From the IMG/VR virus record IMGVR_UViG_3300020583_000224, positions 58,713 through 122,712 of that record: 64,000 nucleotides of DNA; one strand, 5' to 3'. Below are positions 57,127 through 64,000 of the stretch, piece after piece. The notes below the pieces were generated by a model. It searched no databases. It had not been told where the DNA came from and saw only the letters and a program-made list of their open reading frames with translations. The DNA is from a virus. The stretch's first letter is position 1; each line of letters starts with the position of its first letter. The translations under genes were made by a program, and so were the position numbers.

Positions 57127-60100
57127 GTGTCGGAGTCCAGCGTCACCGTCCTGCTGATGCTCGAGGCGATCGACAAGGCGTCGCAGATCATCGAGGGGAT
57201 TTCGGGGAAGCTCGAGGGTCTCGGCCAGAAGGCTCAGGACGCTGCGGCGAAGGCGTCGATGACCGGCGAGGAGCTTGAGGCCGCGCAGGTCAAGGCCGAG
57301 GCTGCGGCGAACGCCTATACGGCCGCCGTGGCGGAGCAGGACGCTGCGCAGGCGCGTCTGCTGGAGTCGACGCAGGCGGTGCGTGAGGCGCAGACTGCGG
57401 CGGCGGAGTCGGCGGCGCGCCTGGCCGAGGCCGACGCGGCGGTGGCGTCGGGGGTGGAGGAGGCGGCGAACGCCGCGCAGGTCTCGTATGCGGATATCGC
57501 GGCGGCTGCGGACGCTTCGGCGGCGGCGGTGAAGACCGCGATCGCCGAGCAGACGGTGGCGCTCGACGGGCTCAGCGCCGCGCAGAAGGAGGCTGCGGCG
57601 CGGGCGGACGAGTCGGCGGCGGCGCAGGACGCGGCGAACACGTCGGTGGACGCGAGCGGCGGCCTGATGAAGGGCGCCGCGATGGGCGCCGCGGTGACGG
57701 CTGCCGCGGTCGCGGGGATCGGCTACGAGTCGATCAAGGCTGCGGGCAACTTCCAGTCGCTGACCGAGCATCTGGTGACGGACGCGGGCGAGTCGCAGGC
57801 GAATCTCGCGAAGGTGCAGGCGGGGATCTTGTCGATCTCCACGGCGACGGGCACGTCGAGCACCGAACTGGTCAACGGCATGTACCACATCGAATCAGCG
57901 GGTTTCCATGGTGCCGCCGGTTTGACGATGCTGAAGACCGCCGCCGAGGGCGCGAAGGTGGGCAACGCCGACCTCGACACGGTCAGCAAGGCCCTGGTCG
58001 GGTCGATGAACGCCTACGGGATGTCCGCTGGCCAGTCGACGTCGATGATGAACCAGCTGATCGCGACGGTCGGCGCGGGCGACATGCGCATGGAGGACCT
58101 TGCCTCCTCGATGTCGTCGGTGACCGCTTCGGCCGCCGCCGCGCACATCCAGTTCTCACAGGTCGCGGGCGCCATCGCGACGATGACCGCGCAGGGCATG
58201 AGCGCGAATCAGGCGACCCAGGATTTGAACCACACGATCGGCGCGATGTCGAACCCCAACGCCGTGCAGATCAAGGAAATGCAGGCGATGGGCCTGTCGT
58301 CGAACCAGGTCGCGTCGGATCTGGGAAAGCAGGGGCTCACCGGCACGTTCCAGGAACTGACGGCCGCGGTGGCGAAGCACGTGCAGGGCGGGCAGGTCCT
58401 GATCTCGACTTTCCAGTCGAGCCAGCAGGCCGCGGCCGACGCCAACGTGATGATCAAGTCGATGCCGTCGTCGCTGCAGAAGCTCGCCGACGCGTACCTC
58501 GCGGGCAGTGTCACACAGAAGCAGTGGACTACCACGCTGCAGGGGCTGCCGCCGATCCAGGCGAAGATGATGGGCAGTTTCGCGACCCTCGCCGACAAGA
58601 CGCACGCGTTCAACGCGCAACTGACTTCCGGCTCGCCCGCCGCGCAGACGTACAACGCGGCGATGTCGAAGATGATGGGCGGCACCGTCGGCCTGAACAC
58701 CGCGTTGATGCTGACGGGCACGCACGCGGCGACGTTCTCGCAGAACGTCGCGACCGTGCAGAAGGCCGCGGACTCGAGCAGCGGCAGTGTCGCGAACTGG
58801 GCTGCGATCCAGGGCACGATGAACCAGAAGCTGGATCAGCTGAAGGCGGGTGTCCAGGCGGCTGCGATCGGCCTGGGCACGGCGCTGATCCCGATGGTCA
58901 CGAAGATCCTCGACCTCATCATGAAGATCGTGACGCCGATCGTGGACTGGATCGACCACAACCAGAAGCTCGCCGCGATGATCCTGCTCGTCGTCGGGGC
59001 GATCGCGACCGCCATCACCGTGTTCGTGATGGCCGCGAAGGTGATCGAGGCCATCTCGGCCGCGATCAAGGTGTTCCAGGTCGCACTGGCGGGCCTCGAG
59101 TTCAACCCGGTGATCCTGGCGATCACCGCGATCGCGATCGTCGCCCTGCTGATCATCACGCACTGGTCGACGGTCAAGCGGTGGATGTCCGACTTCTGGG
59201 ACTGGCTGAAGCGGATGTTCTCCGACGCGGTCACGTTCGTCAAAAGCCACGTGCAGGAGATCGCCGCGGGCCTGGTGCTGCTGCTCGGCCCGATCGGGCT
59301 GATGATCGCCGCCGTGCTGGAGATCGCCACGCATTGGCGGCAGGTCGAGGCGGTCCTCAAGGAAGTCTGGAACTGGATGAAGGGCGCCGCCAAGGACGTC
59401 GCCGACTTCGTCTCCGGGGCTTTCAGGGCGTCCGTGGCGTTCGTGACCGGCCTGTGGAAGGGCTTCGTCAACGACCTGAAGGCCCTCTGGGGTCTGCTGA
59501 AGGACGCGTGGAACTCGACCGGCGGGAAGCTGGTCACCGATATCGCGCACGCCTGGGACGAGGTGTCCGCGGCGTTCGACAAGGAATGGTCGAAGATCAC
59601 CTCGGATCTGTCGTCGATCTGGGGTTCGATCGTGCAGATCTGGAACGCGACCGGGGGCGCGCTGATCTCCGCGATCGAGCAGGCCACTCGGGACGTCGTC
59701 GAGTTCCTCGAGTCGCACTGGTCGCAAATCAAGGGGATCATCCAGGGCGCGTTGCAGCCGCTCGTCACGATCGTGCGCGCCGCGTGGGACTTCATCAAGG
59801 GCGTGTTCACGGCGGCGTTCGGCTTCATCCGCGGGATCGTGGTCAGCCAGTGGGACGTCATCAAGGGCGTCTTCGACGCCGCATGGGCGTTGATCCGCGG
59901 CGTCGTGCAGGTCGGCTGGGATCTGATCACCGGGATCTTCACTGCCGCCTGGGCCGTGGTCTCCGGGATCGTCAAGGCCGGCTGGGACTTCGTGTCCGGG
60001 ATCTTCCATGCGGCGGCCGACGTGATCGTCGGCGTGATCAAGGCCCTGTGGGACGCGGTCACCACGACGATCAACGTCGCGCTCGACGTGATCAAGGGTG

Positions 60101-60873
60101 TTCTCAGGGCCTTCGCGGATCTGGTGACCGGCCAGTGGGGCAAGCTGTGGGGCGACGTCAAGTCGACGTTCTCGGCCGTGTGGAATGACATCTCCGGGTT
60201 CTTCAAGAAGATCCTCGGGGACATCGAGACGACCGTGTCGGGCGCGGTGTCCTCGATCTGGCGCGGGTTCATCGGCGCGATCGAGTCCGCCCTGTCGGGG
60301 ATCGGCAAGGCGCTGGACGACGTATGGCACACGATCATGAACGCTTTTTCCGACGCGGGCACGTGGCTGGCGCAGGCGGGCCAGGACATCATCAATGGCC
60401 TGATCAACGGCGTGAAGAACATGGCGGGGCAGGCCGTCCAGGCGGTCAAGAACGTCGGCCACGACATCATCAACGCCGCCAAGACCGTCCTGTCGATCTT
60501 CTCGCCGTCGAAGGAGTTCTCGACCATCGGCGAGATGACGATGGCGGGCATGGTCCAGGGCATCGTCGGCGCGGCGCCGACGGTGAACAAGGCGATGCGC
60601 AACGCTATGGGCGGCCTGACCGGACCGTCGATCACAGCGTCCGTGGTGGCGAACGCGCAGGCGACGGGCACGCAGTTGGGTGTCGCGGTCGCGTCCGGGC
60701 TCGGCGGCGCCGCGTCGATGGGCGGCGCGGCTTCCGGCGGCGTCACGATCGTCGTCGAGGGCGGCAATACGCTGATGTCGGATTCGGACTTCGACAAGTT
60801 CGCGCAGAAGGTCGGCACCCGGGTCGTGGCGTCGCTCGGCCCGCAGGGCGGCGTAAAGACGTTGCTGAGGTGA
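57127..60873 (+). CDS. Tape measure protein
   Basis: 1248 aa; EAIDKAS start, TP901-like core, 11-residue Trp/Phe periodicity, IFSPSK motif. Confidence 0.95.
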   Translation: MSESSVTVLLMLEAIDKASQIIEGISGKLEGLGQKAQDAAAKASMTGEELEAAQVKAEAAANAYTAAVAEQDAAQARLLESTQAVREAQTAAAESAARLAEADAAVASGVEEAANAAQVSYADIAAAADASAAAVKTAIAEQTVALDGLSAAQKEAAARADESAAAQDAANTSVDASGGLMKGAAMGAAVTAAAVAGIGYESIKAAGNFQSLTEHLVTDAGESQANLAKVQAGILSISTATGTSSTELVNGMYHIESAGFHGAAGLTMLKTAAEGAKVGNADLDTVSKALVGSMNAYGMSAGQSTSMMNQLIATVGAGDMRMEDLASSMSSVTASAAAAHIQFSQVAGAIATMTAQGMSANQATQDLNHTIGAMSNPNAVQIKEMQAMGLSSNQVASDLGKQGLTGTFQELTAAVAKHVQGGQVLISTFQSSQQAAADANVMIKSMPSSLQKLADAYLAGSVTQKQWTTTLQGLPPIQAKMMGSFATLADKTHAFNAQLTSGSPAAQTYNAAMSKMMGGTVGLNTALMLTGTHAATFSQNVATVQKAADSSSGSVANWAAIQGTMNQKLDQLKAGVQAAAIGLGTALIPMVTKILDLIMKIVTPIVDWIDHNQKLAAMILLVVGAIATAITVFVMAAKVIEAISAAIKVFQVALAGLEFNPVILAITAIAIVALLIITHWSTVKRWMSDFWDWLKRMFSDAVTFVKSHVQEIAAGLVLLLGPIGLMIAAVLEIATHWRQVEAVLKEVWNWMKGAAKDVADFVSGAFRASVAFVTGLWKGFVNDLKALWGLLKDAWNSTGGKLVTDIAHAWDEVSAAFDKEWSKITSDLSSIWGSIVQIWNATGGALISAIEQATRDVVEFLESHWSQIKGIIQGALQPLVTIVRAAWDFIKGVFTAAFGFIRGIVVSQWDVIKGVFDAAWALIRGVVQVGWDLITGIFTAAWAVVSGIVKAGWDFVSGIFHAAADVIVGVIKALWDAVTTTINVALDVIKGVLRAFADLVTGQWGKLWGDVKSTFSAVWNDISGFFKKILGDIETTVSGAVSSIWRGFIGAIESALSGIGKALDDVWHTIMNAFSDAGTWLAQAGQDIINGLINGVKNMAGQAVQAVKNVGHDIINAAKTVLSIFSPSKEFSTIGEMTMAGMVQGIVGAAPTVNKAMRNAMGGLTGPSITASVVANAQATGTQLGVAVASGLGGAASMGGAASGGVTIVVEGGNTLMSDSDFDKFAQKVGTRVVASLGPQGGVKTLLR

Positions 60874-60877
60874 GTTG

Positions 60878-62266
60878 ATGGTCGCGCCTCCGCACTTGAC
60901 GCTCACCGTCACCCCGCCGGGCGGTTCGCCCACCGACTATACGACGCACCTGTCGTGGGCTGGCGCCCAGCAGTCGATGACGATCACCCAGAATTTCGGG
61001 CGGCAGGGCGACACCTGCGTCCTGCCGGTCGTCGAGGACTGGGCGGCGCACGGCACCCCGACGATCGCGTTCCACGGCCAGTCGCAGGTGTCGCTGTACG
61101 ACAACATCGCAAGCCAGAACCTGTTCGCCGGGGTCGCGAACTCGGTCACCCAGTCGACGATCGTCAACAAGACCCTGAACGAATGGGACCTGGGCTGCGT
61201 CGACTACACGCTGTACGCGGACAACAAGGACGTGCACGGGATCTTCTACGGCTGGACCGTGGACGCGATCGTGGTCTCGCTCGTCGCGCAGGCGGACTGC
61301 GGTATTACGGCGGCGACGGTGGCGGACGGCGGTTTCGTCGAACCGGGCCCGCAACTCGCCTCGTACGTCCTGAACTTCAATCCGCTGTCGACGGCGTGGC
61401 GCCAGTTGGCGAACCTCGCCGGCTCAACCAGCCCCTGGGGCTGGTTCGTCGATCAGAACCTCGAATTGCACTTTTTCCCGGGCGCCGAGGCTCAGTCGTC
61501 CGGCGTGACGTTCACGACGTCGCCGACGACGGCCGGGTCGCTGACCGAGGGCCACATCCTGCTGGACTCGCAGAACGCCTACCAGCAGGACGGCACGTCG
61601 CTGTCGAACCGGATCCTGGTGCAGGGCGCGAACCAGACGATCCCGTACGGGTCTACGACGAAGCCCCCGACGGACACGTGGCTCGCGGACGGCACCCAGT
61701 CGGCGTGGCCGCTGCGGTACACCGTGTCCGGCACGCCGATTCTGCACATCAACGATGTCGCTACCACGGTCACCGTGGCGCAGAAGGGCACGAACGCGAG
61801 CGGCCCGTGGGTCGTCGAGCAGAACTCCATCGGCCAATATTTCCTGGTAGCCGACTCCGCGCCAAGCGGCGGTACAGAGATCGACATCTGGTACACGTAC
61901 CTGGTGCCGGTGGTCGCGCAGGCCTCCGATCAGGCGTCGATCAGCCAGTACGCGGGCCCGAACGGCGGCGTGTACGGCCAGTTCGTGTCGGACTCGTCGC
62001 TGACGACGGTGCCGATGGCGCTGGCGCGGGCGCAGCAGATGCGCACCGAGTACGCGTTCGTCGTCGAGAGGTTCACGTTCAACACGTCGCAGGACTGGAT
62101 CGGCTGGGTGCGGGCGGGCTGGACGTGCTTCATCGTGAACATGTTCGCCTACGACATCCAATCCTCCGCGTGGGGCGTCAGCGACACGTTCGTGATCGTC
62201 GCGAACACCGTGACGTTCGGGGGCGGCGGGTACCGCACCATGCAGCTCACGACGGTCCGGATCTAG
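60878..62266 (+). CDS. Tail tip/hub protein
   Basis: Follows the tape measure gene; WFVD...LHF, NRILVQG. Confidence 0.7.
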   Translation: MVAPPHLTLTVTPPGGSPTDYTTHLSWAGAQQSMTITQNFGRQGDTCVLPVVEDWAAHGTPTIAFHGQSQVSLYDNIASQNLFAGVANSVTQSTIVNKTLNEWDLGCVDYTLYADNKDVHGIFYGWTVDAIVVSLVAQADCGITAATVADGGFVEPGPQLASYVLNFNPLSTAWRQLANLAGSTSPWGWFVDQNLELHFFPGAEAQSSGVTFTTSPTTAGSLTEGHILLDSQNAYQQDGTSLSNRILVQGANQTIPYGSTTKPPTDTWLADGTQSAWPLRYTVSGTPILHINDVATTVTVAQKGTNASGPWVVEQNSIGQYFLVADSAPSGGTEIDIWYTYLVPVVAQASDQASISQYAGPNGGVYGQFVSDSSLTTVPMALARAQQMRTEYAFVVERFTFNTSQDWIGWVRAGWTCFIVNMFAYDIQSSAWGVSDTFVIVANTVTFGGGGYRTMQLTTVRI

Positions 62267-62275
62267 GGGGCCGCG

Positions 62276-62491
62276 ATGACCTCGGGCGTCTACCGGCCGC
62301 TGACCTGGGTCGACCTGCTGCAGTCCATCAACGGCCAGAACTCGGCGACCGCCGACACGTCCACGGCCGGACTCGGGTACGTCGCCGAGGCCGACGAGGA
62401 GACCACGTGGGCTGATGCCGCGACGGGGCTCGTGGTGACCGGCTCCCCTGGCTGGGATCAAGAAGTTTGGGGAGCGAGTGTCTACCAGTGA
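62276..62491 (+). CDS. Small tail-region protein
   Basis: Coupled ORF. Confidence 0.55.
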   Translation: MTSGVYRPLTWVDLLQSINGQNSATADTSTAGLGYVAEADEETTWADAATGLVVTGSPGWDQEVWGASVYQ

Positions 62492-63116
62492 GGTCCGCGC
62501 CCAGGCGCATGAGCCGCTCCCGATCCGCGGTCGCCTGGCCGCGACCGTCGTGCGCGGCGACCCGCTCACGACCGCGGACCTCGCCGAGTACCTCGAGTTG
62601 ACGATGCGCCAGGGTGTGCCCGGCCCGGAGGCGCTGGCCCGGATCCTCGGGTCGCCGGACGCGGTCGGCGAGCACCGCGAGGGCGGCAACGTCATGTGCA
62701 CCAGCGGGTACGGCGCCCTGGCCGCCGCGCTCGTCTGGTCGGGGCTGCAGGACCAGGCCGCGAACCTGGGGCTGACTTCGCCGACGTTCCTCACGCCCCT
62801 GTACGGCGCGGTCGGCTCGGGCACGGGCACGCCGGTGAAGTCGGATACGGCGCTGTTCACGGAGCTCGGGCGGCAGACGGTGGGGGCGGGCGGCTCGAAC
62901 CCGGCGTCATCCTCGATCGCCGCGTACTGCACGTGGCTGTTCTACTTCCCGCAGCCGGCGTCGGCGTGGACGGTCGCGGAGGCCGGGCTGTTCGCGGGTG
63001 CGACGAGTGTCGCGAACTCCGGGACGATGATCGACCACTGGGCGTTCTCGCCGACGATCGCGGTGCCGACCAACGACAGCCTGCTCTTGCAAATCAGCCT
63101 ATTGATTGGCCCGTAG
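62478..63116 (+). CDS. Baseplate/tail-fibre N-terminal-like protein
   Basis: AVGSGT......DTALFTELGR...EAGLF. Confidence 0.65.
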   Translation: MSTSEVRAQAHEPLPIRGRLAATVVRGDPLTTADLAEYLELTMRQGVPGPEALARILGSPDAVGEHREGGNVMCTSGYGALAAALVWSGLQDQAANLGLTSPTFLTPLYGAVGSGTGTPVKSDTALFTELGRQTVGAGGSNPASSSIAAYCTWLFYFPQPASAWTVAEAGLFAGATSVANSGTMIDHWAFSPTIAVPTNDSLLLQISLLIGP

Positions 63117-63124
63117 GGGGGCGC

Positions 63125-63877
63125 ATGGCGACTCCTGCTTGGCTCGCGGCCACGGCGGGCCAGCGCCCGCAGCCCGGCCAGATCAACCAGCTGCTCGCCT
63201 CCCATTCGGTGACGTGGATCTACTCCGGCAACGTGCTGCAGGCCGGGCAGACGACCGGCACGGGACTGTACGTCTCTACGGCCGCCCAGTACCTGACGCA
63301 GGAGTTCACGACCGGCGCCGCGCAGACCGCGATCGGCAACGTGCACCTGCAGATCTCCGCGGTCGGCGGCTCCCCGGTCACGGCGGCGATCACGCCGCTG
63401 CAGGTCGCGCTGTACGCCTCGAGCGCGGGCCTGCCGACCGGCCCGGCGCTCGCGGCCACGACGCTCGCGGAGCAGTACGTGTACTCCGGGAGCGTCCTGC
63501 TGTCGGTGCCGCTGGGCGCGACCGGGCTGACGCCTTCGACGCCGTACCAGATCGTGGTCGCCGCGGCCGGGACGGGCACGTCGTACTACGCGTGGCAGCG
63601 GTCGAACCAAACCTCGGGCGCCGCCACGTCGCCTGACGGGGTGACGTGGACGGCGCAGCCCTACGGGCTGATGTTCGAGGTGCTCGACCTGTCGGGCACG
63701 ACGGGTCCGCCCCTGTACGCGATCGAGGACTCGGGCGCCCGGGTGGCGCACTTGACCTACAACACGGCCGGGCAGTTGGCGGGGATCACTGAGTCGACGG
63801 CGGCGCAAGGCGGCGGCTCGCTCTATTCGACGCGCACTTTGTCCTACAGCAACGGCCTGCTGATCGGGGTGAGTTGA
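63125..63877 (+). CDS. Minor tail protein
   Basis: QEFTTG..T.I..V.L..., G.PTG..LA beta-sandwich pattern. Confidence 0.65.
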   Translation: MATPAWLAATAGQRPQPGQINQLLASHSVTWIYSGNVLQAGQTTGTGLYVSTAAQYLTQEFTTGAAQTAIGNVHLQISAVGGSPVTAAITPLQVALYASSAGLPTGPALAATTLAEQYVYSGSVLLSVPLGATGLTPSTPYQIVVAAAGTGTSYYAWQRSNQTSGAATSPDGVTWTAQPYGLMFEVLDLSGTTGPPLYAIEDSGARVAHLTYNTAGQLAGITESTAAQGGGSLYSTRTLSYSNGLLIGVS

Positions 63878-64000
63878 TGCCTTACCTCGCAGCGAATGTC
63901 AGCGTCATGGACTTCGGCGCCGACCCGACGGGCGTGGCCGACTCCACTTCCGCGTTCAACCAGGCGCTCGCCTACGTTGCAGGACTCGGCGGCGGCGTGG
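63877..64000 (+). CDS. Tail spike/depolymerase, pectate-lyase-3-like N-terminus (truncated by window end)
   Basis: MPYLAANVSVMDFGADPTGVADSTSAFNQAL....GGGV. Confidence 0.75.
   Translation, partial: MPYLAANVSVMDFGADPTGVADSTSAFNQALAYVAGLGGGV

Overview
High-GC actinomycete temperate-phage-like region; no integrase, att site or lysin is visible in the window. (1) 1-14.6 kb is a leftward arm of small accessory genes (DUF397, PadR, SHOCT, a MazEF-type TA pair), headed by a DnaB-N/RecA-type ATPase/HTH protein with an iteron-like array just downstream. (2) 14.7-31 kb is a rightward block resembling a Streptomyces conjugative plasmid/AICE: GntR repressor with palindromic operators, Xis-like HTH, Spd-like membrane protein and TraB-type FtsK translocase. 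(3) 31-64 kb is a siphovirus-type morphogenesis operon: TerS, TerL, portal-2H phosphoesterase-MuF fusion, XkdF-like protease, capsid, tail tube, chaperones, tape measure and tail tip. Top observation: TerL carries a 393-aa intein in its Walker A motif with no in-frame endonuclease. Instead, a complete HTH+HNH endonuclease gene with its own leaderless-type promoter lies on the OPPOSITE strand inside the intein, and both frames stay open. Also notable are a circularly permuted (YrlA-like) tRNA mimic, two D-armless tRNA-like elements and the phage-plus-conjugation hybrid architecture. All family calls come from motif recognition by eye; no searches were run.
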